Shown piece after piece: positions 1 to 13,772 of a stretch of 64,000 bases of DNA. Made by a program: the position numbers and the translations under genes. The notes below the pieces were generated by a model. That model saw nothing but the letters and a program-made list of their open reading frames with translations. It was not told the DNA's origin and searched no databases. Position 1 is the first letter of the stretch. The number at the start of each line of letters is the position of its first letter. Source of the DNA: Eledone cirrhosa (Eukaryota); NCBI GenBank assembly GCA_964016885.1, contig OZ024741.1, positions 130,200,001-130,264,000 on the forward strand, given 5' to 3'.

Positions 1-3000
1 TGGTGGTTGTGGTGATTGTGATGGTGGTTGGGTTGGTAGTGATGGTGGTTGTGGTGGTAGTGATGGTGGTTGTGGTGATTGTGATGGTGGTTGTGGTGGT
101 AGTGATAGTGGTTGTGGTTGTATTAGTGATGGTTGTATTAGTGATGGTGGTTGTTGTGCTAGTAATGGTGGTTGTGGTGGTAGTGATGGTGGTTGTGGTG
201 GTAGTGATGGTGCTTATGGTGGTAGTGGTGGTAGTGATGGTTGTTGTGGTGGTAGTGATGGTGGTTGTGGTGGTAGTGATGGTGGTTGTGGTGGTAGTAA
301 TGGTGGTTGTGGTTTTCGTGGTAGCAATGGTGGTTGTGTTGGTAGTGATGATGGATGTGGTGATAGTGATGGTGGTTGTGGTGGTAGTGATGGTGGTTGT
401 GTTGGTAGTGATGGTGGTTGTGTTGGTAGTGATGATGGATGTGGTGATAGTGATGGTGGTTGTGGTGGTAGTGATGGTGGTTGTGGTGGTAGTGATGGTG
501 GTTGTGGTGGTAGTGATGGTGGTCGTGGTGATAGTGATGGTGCTTGCGGTGGTAGTGGTTGTAGTGATGGTTGTTGTGGTGGTAGTGATGGTGGTTGTGG
601 TGGTAGTAATGGTGGTTGTGGTGGTAGTGATGGTGGTTGTGGTGGTAGTAATGGTGGTTGTAGTGGGAGTGATGGTGGTTGTGGTGGTAGTGATGGTGGT
701 TGTGTTGGTAGGGATGGTGGTTGTGGTGGCAGTGATGGTGGTTGTGGTGGTAGTGATGGTGGTTGTGGTGTTAGTGATGGTGGTTGTGGTGGTAGTGATG
801 GTGGTTGTGTTGATGGTGGTTGTGGTGGTAGTAATGTTAGTTGTGTTGGTAGTGATGGTGGCTGTGGTGGCAGTGATGGTGGTTGTGGTGGTAGTGATGG
901 TGGCTGTGGTTGTAGTGATGGTGGTTGTGGTGATGGTGGTTGTGGTGGTGGTAATGGTGGATGCGGTGGTAGTGGTGGTAGTGATGGTGGTTGTGGTGGT
1001 AGGGATGTTGGTTGTGGTGGTAGTGATGTTTGTTGTGCTAGTGATGGTGGTTGTGTTTGTAGTGATGATGGTTGTGGTGGTTGTGGTGATTGTGATGGTG
1101 GTTGTGTTGGTAGTGATGGTGGTTGTGTTGGTAGTGATGGTGGTTGTGGTGGTAGTGAGTGTGGTTGTGGTGATTGTGATGGTGGTTGTGGTGGTAGTGA
1201 TGGTGTTTGTGGTGATGTGGTGGATGTGATGGTGGTTGTGGTGATGGTTGTTGTGGTGGTAGTGATGGTGTTTGTGGTGGTAGTGGTGGATGTGATGGTG
1301 GTTGTGGTGGTAGAGATGGTGGATGTAGTAGTACTGATGTTTGTTGTGGTAGTGATGGTGGTTGTATTGGTAGTGATGGTGGCAGTGGTAGTGATGGTGG
1401 TTGTGTTGGTAGTGATTGTGGTCGTGGTGGTAGTGATGTTGGTTGTGGTGGTAGTGATGGTGGTTGTGTTGGTAGTGATGGTGGTTGTGGTGGTAGTGGT
1501 TGTGGCGATGGTGGTTGTGGTGATGGTTGTTGTGGTGGTAGTGATGGTGGTTGTGGTGGTTGTGGTGGTGGTCGTGGTGATTGTGATGTTGGTTGTGGTG
1601 GTAGTGATGGTGGTTGTGGTGGTAGTGATGATGATTGTGGTGATGTGGTTATGGTGATGGTGGTGATGGTTGTTGTGTTGGTAGTGATGGTGGTTGTGGT
1701 GGTAGTTATGGTGGTTGTAGTGGTAGTGATGGTGGTTGTGGTGGCAGTGATGGTGGTTGTGGTGGTAGTGATGGTGGTTATGGTGGTAGTAATGGTGGTT
1801 GTGGTGGTAGTGATGGTGGTTGTGGTGGTAGTGATGGTGGTTGGTTGTGGTGGTAGTGATGGTGGTTGTGGTGATAGTGATGGTGCTTGTGGTGGTAGTG
1901 ATGGTGGTTGTGGTGGTTGTGATGGTGGTTGTGGTGGTAGTGATGGTGGTTGTGGTGGTAGTGATGGTGGTGTTGTGGTAGTAATGGTGGTTGTGGTGGT
2001 AGTGATGGTGGTTGTGGTGGTAGTGATGGTGTTTGTGGTGATAGTGATGGTGGTTGTGGTGGTAGTGAGGGTGGTTGTGGTGGTAGTGATAGTGGTTGTG
2101 GTGATGGTTGTTGTGGTGGTAGTAATGGTGGATGTGGTGGTAGTGATGGTGGTTGTGGTGGTAGTGATGGTGTTTGTGGTGATAGTGATGGTGTTTGTGG
2201 TGATAGTGATGGTGGTTGTGGTGGTGGTGATAGTGGTTGTGGTGATGGTTGTTGTGGTGGTAGTAATGGTGGTTGTGGTGGTAGTGATGGTGGTTGTGGT
2301 GGTAGTGATGGTGGTTGTGGTGGTAGTAATGGTGGTTGTAGTGGGAGTGATGGTGGTTGTGGTGGTAGTGATGGTTTTTGTGGTGGTAGTGGTGGTAATG
2401 ATGGTGGTTGTGTTGGTAGTGATGGTGGTTGTGGTGGTAGTGAGGGTGGTTGTGGTGATTGTGATGGTGGTTGTGGTGGTAGTGATGGTGTTTGTGGTGA
2501 TGTGGTGGATGTGATGGTGGTTGTGGTGATGGTTGTTGTGGTGGTAGTGATGGTGTTTGTGGTGGTAGTGGTGGATGTGATGGTGGTTGTGGTGGTAGAG
2601 ATGTTGGATGTAGTAGTACTGATGTTTGTTGTGGTAGTGATGGTGGTTGTATTGGTATTGATGGTGGCAGTGGTAGTGATGGTGGTTGTGTTGTTAGTGA
2701 TGGTGGTTGTGGTGGTAGTGATGTTGGTTGTGGTGGTAGTGATGGTGGTTGTGTTGGTAGTGATGGTGGTTGTGGTGGTAGTGGTTGTGGCGATGGTGGT
2801 TGTGGTGATGGTTGTTGTAGTAGTAGTGATGGTGGTTGTGGTGGTTGTGGTGGTGGTCTTGGTGATTGTGATGTTGGTTGTGGTGGTAGTGATCGTGGTT
2901 GGGGTGGTAGTTATGGTGGTTGTGATGGTAGTGATGATGATTGTGGTGATGTGGTTATGGTGATGGTGGTGTGGTGGTTGTGGTGGTAGTGATGGTTGTT

Positions 3001-6000
3001 GTGTTGGTAGTGATGGTGGTTGTGGTGGTAGTGATGCCTTGTGGTGGTAGTGATGGTGGTTTTAGTGGTAGTGATGGTGGTTGTGGTGGTAGTGAATGTG
3101 GTGATGGCGGTTGTGGTGGTTGTGGTGGTAGTGATGGTGGTTGTGTTGTTAGTGATGGTGGTTTTGTTGGTAGTGATGGTGGTTGTGGTGGTAGTAATGG
3201 TGGTTGTGGTGGTAGTGATGGGGGTTGTGGTGGTAGTGATGGTAGTTGTGGTGGTAGTGATGGTGGTTGTAGTGATAGTGATGGTGGTTGTAGTGGTAGT
3301 GATATTGGTTGAGGTGGCAGTGATGGTGGTTGTGGTGGTAGTGATGGTGGTTGTGGTGGTAGTGATGGTGGTTGTGGTGGTAGTGATGGTGGTTGTGGTG
3401 ATAGTGATGGTAGTTGTGTAGGTAGTGATGGTGGTTGTGGTGGCAGTGATGGTGGTTGTGGTGGTAGTGATATTGGTTGAGGTGGCAGTGATGGTGGTTG
3501 TGGTGGTAGTGATGGTGGTTGTGGTGGTAGTGGTGGTGGTTGTGGTGGTAGTGATGGTGGTTGTGGTGATGGTGGTTGTGGTGGTAGTACTGGTAGTTGT
3601 GTTGGTAGTGATGGTGGTTGTGCTGGTAGTGATGGTGGTTGTGGTGGTAGTGATGGTGGTTGATGTGGTAGTGATGGTGTTTGTGGTGATAGTGATGGTG
3701 GTTGTGGTGGTAGTGATGGTGGTTGTGGTGGTAGTGATGGTGGTTGTGGTGGTAGTGATGGTGTTTGTGGTGGTAGTGATGGTGGTTGTGGTGGTAGTAA
3801 TGGTGGTTGTGGTGGTTGTGATGGTGGTTGTTGTGGTAGTGATGATGGTTGTGGTGGTAGTGATGGTGGTTGTGATGGTAGTGATGGTGGTTGTGGTGGT
3901 AGTGATGGTGGTTGTGGTGGTAGTGATGGTGCTTCTGGTGGTAGTTATGGTGGTTTTGGTGGTAGTGATGGTGGTTGTGGTGGAGGTGACGGTGGTTGTG
4001 GTGGTAGTGATGGTGGTTGTGGTGGTAGTGATGGTGATTGTGGTGGTAGTGATGGTGGTTGTGGTGGTAGTGATGGTGTTTGTGGTGATAGTGATGGTGC
4101 TTGTGGTGGTAGTGATGGCGGTTGTGGTGGTAGTGATGGTGGTTGTGGTGATGGTTGTTGTGGTGGTAGTAATGGTTGTTGTGGTGGTAGAGATGGTGGT
4201 TGTGGGAGCGATGGTGGATGTGGTGATTGTGATGGTGGTTGTGGTGGTAGTAATGGTATTTGTGGTGACAGTGATGATGGTTGTGGTGGTAGTTGTGGTG
4301 TTAGTGGTTGTAGTAATGGTGGTTGTGCTGGTAGTGATGGTGGTTGTGGTGGTAGTGATGGTGTTTGTGGTGGTAGTGATGGTGTTTGCGGTGGTAGTGA
4401 TGGTGTTTGTGGTGATGTGGTTGTGGTGATGGTGGTTGTGGTGTTAGTGATGGTGGTTGTGGTGGTAGAGATGGTGGTTGTGGTGGTATTGATGGTGGTT
4501 GTGTTGGTAGTGATGGTGGTTGTGGTGGTAGAGATGGTGGTTGTGGTGATTGTGATGGTGGTTGTGTTGGTAGTGATGGTGGTTGTGTTGGTAGTGATGG
4601 TGGTTGTGGTTGTAGTGATGGTGGTTCTGGTGGTAGTGATGGTGGTCGTGGTGATAGTGATGGTGGTTGTGGTGATTGTGATGGTGGTTGTGTTGGTAAT
4701 GATGGTGGTTGTGGTGGTAGTGATGGTGGTTGTGTTGGTAGTGATGGTGGTTGTGTTGGTAGTGATGGTGGTTGTGGTGGTAGTGATGGTGGTTGTGGTG
4801 ATTGTGATGGTGGTTGTGGTGGTAGTGATGGTGGTTGTGTTGGTAGTGATGGTGGTTGTGGTGATTGTGATGGTGGTTGTGGTGGTAGTGATGGTGGTTG
4901 TGGTGGTAGTGATGGTGGTCGTGGTGATTGTGATGGTGGTTGTGTGGGTAGTGATGTGGTTGTGGTGGTAGTGATGGTGGTTGTGTTGGTAGTGATGGTG
5001 GTTGTGTTGGTAGTGATGGTGGTTGTGGTGGTAGTGATTTTGGTTGTGGTGGAGATGATGGTGGTTTTGGTGGTAGTGATGGTGGTTGTGTTGGTAGTGA
5101 TGGTGGTTGTGGTGGTAGTGATGGTGGTCGTGGTGATTGTGATGGTGGTTGTGTTGGTAGTGATGTGGTTGTGGTGGTAGTGATGGTGGTTGTGGTGGTA
5201 GTGGTGGTTGTTGTGGTGGTAGTGATGGTGGTTGTGGTGGTAGTGATTTTGGTTGTGGTGGAGATGATGGTGGTTTTGGTGGTAGTGATGGTGGTTGTGG
5301 TGGTAGTGATGGTGGTTGTGGTGGTAGTGATGTGGTTGTGGTGGTAGTGATGGTGGTTGTGGTGGTAGTGAGGGTGGTTGTGGTGATTGTGATGGTGGTT
5401 GTGGTGGTAGTGATGGTGGTTGTGTTGGTAGTGATGGTGGTTGTGTTGGTAGTGATGGTGGTTGTGTTGGTAGTGATGGTGGTTGTGGTGGTAGTGATGG
5501 TGGTCGTGGTGATAGTGATGGTTGTTGTGGTGGTAGTGATTTTGGTTGTGGTGGAGGTGATGGTGATTTTGGTGGTAATGATGGTGGTGGTGGTGGTAGT
5601 GATAGTGCTTTTGGTTGTGGTGATGGTGGTTTTGGTGGTAGTGATGGTGGCTGTGGTGGTAGTGATAGTGGTTGTGGTTGTGTTATATATGGTGGTTGTG
5701 GTGGTAGTAATGGTGGTTGTTGTGGTAGTAAATGTGGTTGTGGTGCTAGTAATGGTGGTTGTGGTTATGGTTGTTGTGGTGGTAGTGATGGTGGTTGTTG
5801 TGGTAGTGATAGTCCTTTTGGTTGTGGTGATGGTGTTTGTTGGTGATTGTGATGGTGGTTGTGGTGGTAGTGATAGTGGTTGTGGTTGTGTTAGAGATGG
5901 TGGTTGTGGTGGTAGTAATGGTGGTTGTGGTGATGGTTGTTGTGGTGGTAGTGATGGTAATAATGGTTGTTGTGTTGGTAGTAATGGTGGTTGTGGTGAT

Positions 6001-7030
6001 GGTTGTTGTGGTGGTAGTGATGGTTGATGTGGTGATTGTAATGATGGTTGTGTTGATAGTGATGGTGGTTGTGGTGGTAGTGATGGTGGTTGTGGTGGTA
6101 GTGATGTTGGTTAATGTGATGCTGGTTGTGGTTGTGGTGGTAGTAATGGTGGTTGTGCTGGTAGTGATGGTGGTTGTGGTGGTAGTAATGGTGGTTGTGA
6201 TGGTAGAGATGGTGGTTGTGGTGGTAGTAATGGTGGTTGTGGTGGTAGTGATGGTGGCTGTGGTATTGATGGTGGTTGTGGTGATTGTGATGGTGTTCGT
6301 GATAGTGATGGTGGTTGTGGTGGTAGTAATGGTGGTTGTGCTCGTAGTGATGGAGGTTTTGATGGTAGTGATGGTGATTGTGGTGATGTGGTTGTGCTGA
6401 TGGTGGTTTTGGTGATGGTTGTTTTGGTGTTAGTGATGGTGGTTGTGGTGTTAGTGGTAGTAGTGATGGTGGTTGTGGTGGTAGAGATGTTGGTTGTGGT
6501 GGTAGTGATTTTGTTTGTGGTAGTGATGTTGGATGTGGTGGTAGTGATGGGTGTTGTGGTAGTGATGATGGTTGTGGTGGTTGTGGTGGTGGTTGTGGTG
6601 ATTGTGATTGTGGTTGTGGTGGTAGTGAAGGTGGTTGTGGTGGTAGTGATGGTGGTTGTGGCAATGGTGATTGTGTTGGTAGTGATGATGTTTGTGGTGG
6701 TAGTAATGGTGGTTGTGGTTAGTAGTGATGGTGGTTTTGGTGGTAGTGAAGTTGGTTGTGTTGATGGTTGTTGTGGTGGTAGTGATGGTGATTGTGGTGA
6801 TGTGGTTGTGGCGATGCTGGTGATGGTGGCTGTGGTGGTAGTGATTGTGGTTGTGATGGTAGTGATGGTGGTTGTGTTGGTAGTGGTTGTGGTGATGGTG
6901 GTTGTGGTGGTTGTGGTGGTAGTGATAGTCATTGTGGTGGTAGTGATAGTGGTTGTGGTGGTATTGATGGTGGTTGTGGTGGTAGTGATGGTGGTTGTGA
7001 TGGTAATGATGGTGGTTGTGGTGGTAGTGA
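1..7030. repeat. G/T-rich minisatellite, 21-bp consensus GTGGTGGTAGTGATGGTGGTT, degenerate; starts before the window
   Basis: The unit is visible throughout, ORF-track peptides have a 7-aa period (VVVVVVM / GCGGSDG), and C is almost absent on the + strand. Confidence 0.95.
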
Positions 7031-7084
7031 TGGTGGTTGTTTTGGGTAGTGATGGTGGTTCTGGTTATGGTGGTTGTGGTGTTT

Positions 7085-7680
7085 GTGATGGTGATGGTGA
7101 GGATAGTGATGATGGTTGTGGTGATGGTGGTTGTGGTGGTTGTGATGTTGATGGTGAGGATAGTGATGATGGCTGTGGTGATGGTGGTTGTGGTGGTTAT
7201 GATGGTGATGGTGAGGATAGTGATGATGGTTGTGGTGATGGTGGTTGTGGTGCTTGTGATGTTGATGGTGAGGATAGTGATGATGGTTGTGGTGATGGTG
7301 GTTGTGGTGGTTATGATGGTGATGGTGAGGATAGTGATGATGGTTGTGGTGATGGTGGTTGTGGTGGTTGTGATGTTGATGGTGAGGATAGTGATGATGG
7401 TTGTGGTGATGGTGGTTGTGGTGGTTATGATGGTGATGGTGAGGATAGTGATGATGGTTGTGGTGATGGTGGTTGTGGTGGTTGTGATGTTGATGGTGAG
7501 GATAGTGATGATGGTTGTGGTGATGGTTGTTGTGGTGGTTGTGATGTTGATGGTGAGGATAGTGATGATGGTTGTGGTGATGGTGGTTGTGGTGGTTGTG
7601 ATGGTGATGGTGAGGATAGTGATGGTGGTTGTGGTGATGGTGGTTGTGGTAATGTTGGTGGTGGTTGTGGTGATGGTGAT
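7085..7680. repeat. 57-bp tandem repeat, ~10 copies, with alternating variants forming a 114-bp dimer
   Basis: GAGGATAG recurs every 57 bp (7156, 7213, 7270 ... 7612). Units alternate TGTGATGTTGAT and TATGATGGTGAT. Confidence 0.9.
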
Positions 7681-7936
7681 AGTGATAGTAGTTGTGGCGA
7701 CGGCTGAGGTGCTGGGGTTGTTATGGTTGTGAGGTTATTGTGAGTGATGTGGTTGTTATTGGTGGTGTTGTTATTGGTAGGGTGGTTGTTATGGTAGTAA
7801 TGTGGTTGTTATTGTTGGTGTGGTTGTTATTGGTGATGTTATGGTGGCGTGTTGCTGATGATAATTGTTGATGTTGTTGTTAGTGATTTTAGTTGTAGTT
7901 GTAATGGTTGTTTTGTTATTATTGTATAACTCCAAG

Positions 7937-8156
7937 GGCGATAAGTTGGCAGTATCGGTGAGGGTTGGACGCTATGCTTTGCAACATAGAGTTACGGCCC
8001 TTTATGATCTGAGTTCAAATCCCGCCGAGGTTAACTTTGCTTTTCATCTTTACGGGATAGATAAAATAAAGTACCAGTCACGCACTGGGGTCGATTTAAT
8101 CGACTTTCCTCTCCCCCAAAATTGCTGGCCTTTTGCCTGTATAAGAAACCATTATT
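7937..8156 (+). mobile_element. tRNA-derived SINE (family A)
   Basis: A-box-like TGGCAGTATCGG, B-box GAGTTCAAATCC, body CGCCGAGGTTAACTTTGC...GATAAAATAAAGTACCAGT and an ATTATT tail. Many copies in the window. Confidence 0.85.
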
Positions 8157-8864
8157 GAATAACTCCTGAATTTAAAAATAAAGACCTGGGGGTCACAGTT
8201 CAAATACTGGTGATCCAATAAGCCGCTAATTGACAGTCATTTCAGCGTCATATATTATACCTTGCTATATTTGTTAAAGCTATCTCCACACTGACATTAA
8301 ATCCAACCGAAGTTGACTACGTCCCTTCAGTGTCGATAAAATGGAACTCCGTGAAATTCGACGATGAATATTCCAGTTGTTCGGCCAACACAACAACCTT
8401 CTTATTAAATTAAACAGTATGAGGCTAAGCAGACACATGTAATTCTAATTCAAATCTCAAGGAGATTTAGCGTAAAGAACCTGTGACAAGGATGGTATTT
8501 TGATTGTATTACAGAAACAGTTAATTCAATGGGTTTCCAAACAGTTTCCATATACTTGATTTCAGCCACAAGGCATTGGTTGACTAAAGTCTGTAGTTAA
8601 TGAAACTTGTTCAAGATGTGGGATGGAATCCTGGACCTAATAATTGTGAAGGGTACTCCTTAACGGTTCGGCCATATTGCATACACAACACCATCGATAA
8701 ACATGGAACCAATAAAATATTGTGGTCTTTTTCAGCCTTCACTCTTTGTCTATTTTTCTGTTTATCTGCCAGCCTATCTCCTTATATACATGTTTGACTG
8801 TATGTCTAATTGTATGTCTGACTTCTAGCTTAAAAATGTTGTTATATGTACATAACATAAATAG

Positions 8865-8995
8865 CGATTACTAGATGCTTTTGACACCAAATGCCCACGC
8901 AGAATCCTGGGCATCGGTTGGGATGACTTCATCACCTACAATGAATCCCGTAAACGAATCTACCAACAACGTGTGTCTAAAACCATGTGCAAGTA
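8865..8995 (+). pseudogene. Small RTE-type LINE fragment (region after the RT domain)
   Basis: Translates ..LDAFDTKCPRRILGIGWDDF.., resembling the RTE motif 'LxAFxxxCLRRILxIxWxD'. Confidence 0.55.
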
Positions 8996-9191
8996 AGTCT
9001 AAATAAGTCTAAATAAGTACAAATACATAACATTACAATTAGATGCAGTCCTTAATACTCACAAACAGATAGGATGGTCATGACTGGAAGGTTTTTGATT
9101 AAGTCCGCTATATCAGAGCTAACAACTACACCAACCAAAAAGGAACTATGAAAATTTGCTCTTACTACTATCACCTTCACCACCGACGACG

Positions 9192-9198
<7 letters not shown>

Positions 9199-9276
<78 letters not shown>

Positions 9277-9277
9277 T
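9199..9277. repeat. (CTA)n microsatellite; a second tract lies at 15205-15302
   Basis: Read directly from the sequence. Confidence 0.95.
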
Positions 9278-9620
9278 ATCAGTCAAGGGTAACACGCACG
9301 TAATATCGTCACGATGAACGCCTTTAATTACCTCTTATCACCACCGATGTCATCATTATCACCATCATCATCATCGTCACCAGTATCATTATTAACATAT
9401 TTTTGTCTGCGCTATCAAGTGTCTCCCAATACCAGCTAATTGGGAGAGAGCTGCGTTTGAATTGACCACCTAGTGTGTGAAGGGGTAACCAGTACAAACG
9501 CGTAAACATACACACTAGCGTACATATGGAACACCAAGTATGACAGGCGTGACTAACAGACAAATGCATTCACGAACACGCGCACAGATTATCATATATA
9601 TATACATATATATATATATA

Positions 9621-10266
<646 letters not shown>

Positions 10267-10346
10267 AGATAAGCGGAGCAAGCAAAATTCAAACAATTTT
10301 TAAAAATAAATAAAAAAATATAATTTAAATATTTACCTATTCCATT

Positions 10347-10428
10347 TGCTTTTACCGACGGTTTCACTTCACAAAAGATTGGAAATCCTAGGGACTTCCA
10401 ATGGAAATGTTCAGATCTTCAGAAAGCA
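10347..10428 (-). ncRNA. Type-I hammerhead ribozyme
   Basis: Minus strand: TGCTTT-CTGAAGA-[stem II containing a TTGGAA..TTCCAA hairpin]-GAAACC-GTC-GGTA-AAAGCA, with a perfect 6-bp stem I. Confidence 0.75.
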
Positions 10429-10689
10429 TTTTCCCTACTTAGGACAAAAGTCCCAGGAACGGCAAAATATATTGCCACCTGCCAGCTAACACAGGATCGA
10501 ATGAGCCCGTAAATTTTACCTGTGTATGAACCAGCCCTTAGTAGAAGCAGAAGTAAACATAGACGTGTTGTCTATCATGCCACTAAAAAAAGCAGCTAGG
10601 TAAAACAACGGATTTGTTCGCTACATAACGGAGAATATATAAAAGGAGATCAATATCTCCAGATGTACTAAGTATCCCTGGAAATATAT

Positions 10690-11110
10690 AGGGTGTCTAT
10701 TCGTCCATTCCATTAGTGATCTCACCCGCCTTCATTGCGATCCTATAATTCTCTTTATATTGTCCGTCCATCTGAGTAGAGGCCATCTGAATGATCTTTT
10801 TCACTCATATAGGTACCACTCGACAATTGCACGGTTCCATTGATAATCAGTGAACCGCGTGACATGTTTGGCCTTGACTCCGGTTCTTTTGCTGATATGC
10901 TTGTTTCGGATGTGAATTCTCGGTGAGATTCCCAGCATTGATCTTCCCATGGTTCTTTGTGCCGTTATAAACTGCTGTTCCTCCTTCTTCGTCATCGCCC
11001 ACCTTTCACTTGCATAGATCATTGCAAGTAGAAACGTGATGTTGAATAGATTTGCGCGAGTGGCTTTCTTTACGATTCAATTTCAGCACACGCTTCGCTG
11101 ACTTGAATGC
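10690..11110 (-). pseudogene. RTE-clade LINE 3' fragment
   Basis: MIYASERWAMTKKEEQQFITAQRTMGRSMLGIS..HIRNKHISKRTGVK matches the RTE C-terminal signature (YGSETW..AQRxMERxMLG). Confidence 0.8.
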
Positions 11111-11394
11111 TCTCCAATCTTATTAGTGATGTCACGTCCCATAGTTATAACATATACCTCTGCTTTTCCATCAGCTTCTTCGTCTGCTACGAGAATCTTC
11201 CTTTACTTGCATCCTTCGGACTTGCGACTTTCACCTTTCTGTAGAACTCTTTCAGTGAGTTATGATCTTCATCGTTCGCACAAGGCACTGGTCGCTTCCT
11301 GTGTTGAATGACGCTAACACTGAGACGTCTTGCAATATGCGTTGCTTATCGATCAGGATGTAATCGATCTCATTTGCATTCCAGAGACATATAT

Positions 11395-11595
11395 GACCTT
11401 AACAGATTCAGTGTGACACAATGTGTGACAATGTTGGATCCTTGAATTACAGGTATTACTCATTTTTGCCAACTGTGCGGAACGAAGCAACGTGAAATAA
11501 AACGTCTTGCTTAAGGACACAGCGTACTGTCTGGCCTAAGAATCGAACTCACGACCTTCTGAACGGGAATTGAATACCCTAATCACTGAGCCACT
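11395..11595 (-). mobile_element. tRNA-derived SINE (family B); a related copy lies at 17270-17410
   Basis: Minus-strand head GTGGCTCAGTGATTAGG...GTGAGTTCGATTC, then GTGTCCTTAAGCAAGAC..TTATTTCAC, shared with 17300-17340. Confidence 0.7.
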
Positions 11596-11813
11596 TACCA
11601 AGGGGAATAAATATATAGTTTCTCTCTATAGAAGTGGTAGTTACGTTTGAGAGGAGACTGAATTCTATGAATTGAGGATTATTTACTCTTAATGTTGTTT
11701 AGATCAACTTTAACTCTAAGCAAGCTGAAATATGATCAAAATCATTCCAAGCATGACCATCCTGTATTTTTGTTTGCTATGAGAAAAAATCCTCAACGAG
11801 AAATTTTAATATA

Positions 11814-11876
11814 GTAAGATGGTTGTAAGATGGTTATAAGATGGTTGTAAGATTATTATAAGATGGTTGTAAGATA
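11814..11876. repeat. 11-bp tandem repeat (GTAAGATGGTT), ~5-6 copies
   Basis: Read directly from the sequence. Confidence 0.85.
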
Positions 11877-12194
11877 AGTGAAAGTATAGTGGTGATGAGG
11901 AAGCGGAAACTAGGCTTGTGTAGTGTGATGCCGTGTCAGACCATATCTCTCCCCCATAGGAAATCAATTGGGAATTATTAGCTTCCGATTGACGTCATGA
12001 AACCCTCGCAATGAGTTTAAGAATTATGTGCCAGCGGATTAGACATCCGCCGGAGACATTAATCACAGGGGCCAGGATCTCATACTGAGCCCCTGTTGGA
12101 TAAACATTACAACTGCCCTTTGCGAAAAAAATAAAATAAAATAAAAATATATGTACACACAGTCACAAAGGCACACACAGAGAGACAGACAGAC

Positions 12195-12270
<76 letters not shown>

Positions 12271-12272
12271 CA

Positions 12273-12336
<64 letters not shown>

Positions 12337-12401
12337 AGGAGAGAGACAGACAGACAAACAGAGGGAGTGAGGGAGAGACAGAGAGAGATAGACAGATAGA
12401 G

Positions 12402-12827
12402 AGATGTAGACGAACACATATCTCAAGTGTGTCAACTGACAAAGAAGGGAGAGAAGGTGTCGCGCGAGAGCTCGTCAAAAGGAGAAATATAGAAAGGAGA
12501 GAATTAGACAAACAGAAAACAATAATATAAACTTTAGTTAAACGTGTAAACAAAGAAGAATGACAATGAGGGGTAGAAAAGGTAAGCAGGAAGAATATGG
12601 TGTATAGTGGTGGGGGCGGGGGTGTATACATATTCTTCCTTCTTACTTTTTCTACCCCTCATTGCCATTCTTCTTTGCTTGCACGTTGAACTGCAGTCCA
12701 TATTATTCTTTAATGTTTTTCTAATTCTCCCCTTTCTATATTTTCTCTCTTTTGGCGAAGCTTTCACGCACTGTTCACTCCCTTCTTTGTCAGTTGATGC
12801 ACTTGGAATATGTGTTCCTCTGCATCT
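12402..12827. repeat. Diverged palindrome (arms 12402-12599 / 12629-12827)
   Basis: For example TCAACTGACAAAGAAGGGAG pairs with CTCCCTTCTTTGTCAGTTGA, and CAATGAGGGGTAGAAAA with TTTTCTACCCCTCATTG. Confidence 0.85.
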
Positions 12828-13035
12828 GTGTATTTCGCCGAACGACATAAATTGTCCCGTCTTTGTCTCTACTTGTTTTGTTATGTCCCAATGTGCGCTG
12901 GATAACCGAAACTGTGGTAATTTCCAGAAGTTGACTGATGAAATGTGACTGTCCGTTTTTTCAGTGATCTTTTCGTTGCCCTTGACCTGTGCTGCGCACC
13001 CCTATTTTGAATTTAGCCTTGCTGGCTATTTTTGA

Positions 13036-13107
<72 letters not shown>

Positions 13108-13422
13108 TAAACAAACTGACTTTGTGCTAGTACGTTTAACTTTCCCACTAGCTCGACGAATTCACGGAACTTGCACTTGCGAAGCGCCAGTCCGTGATTC
13201 AGAGCGCACACATTTAGTTATTACTGGTAAGTTCGGGATTATGTGCGGGTGTAAACAATTTAACCCGCACTAAATGAAATCGCTGATTTCTATTCCGTGT
13301 CCTGTGCATTGCGGTGCAATAATTGCACTCAGTACACAGAAGCCAGAATTGTCTGGAAGGAATGGATGCGGCCAGAATCGGATCAACACAGAATTTCTTC
13401 AACGAGTAGCGATCCCCCCCCC

Positions 13423-13459
<37 letters not shown>

Positions 13460-13677
13460 GTGAAAGAGTGAAGAATAACATGGTCAACAGTACAAAAAGG
13501 GTTTTATTTACAGTATTAACAATTGTTTCATTGATTAGGTTGTCTAAAAATTGCTAATCACTTGAAGTTGTGTCACTCAATTTTAAATACAATGTATGCT
13601 TAATCAAATCATCGGAATATATATATAAAAGCGTGAACCTAATAAACTCTCATCTGTTTTTGTTCCCGTCTAAATTT

Positions 13678-13768
<91 letters not shown>

Positions 13769-13772
<4 letters not shown>

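Noticed and set aside
3-7732. Long poly-Val, Thr-rich, Pro-rich and His-rich ORFs (mucin-like on the minus strand)
   Set aside because: They are by-products of a triplet-based minisatellite, with frequent frame slips and no unique domain, signal peptide or splice context. Expression cannot be excluded without RNA data.
7937-8030. tRNA gene
   Set aside because: A and B boxes are present, but there is no cloverleaf and the sequence continues into a multicopy SINE body.
12900-12950. GAAAC..GTA and CTGATGA as a type-III hammerhead
   Set aside because: The motifs are present, but the required stems could not be formed.
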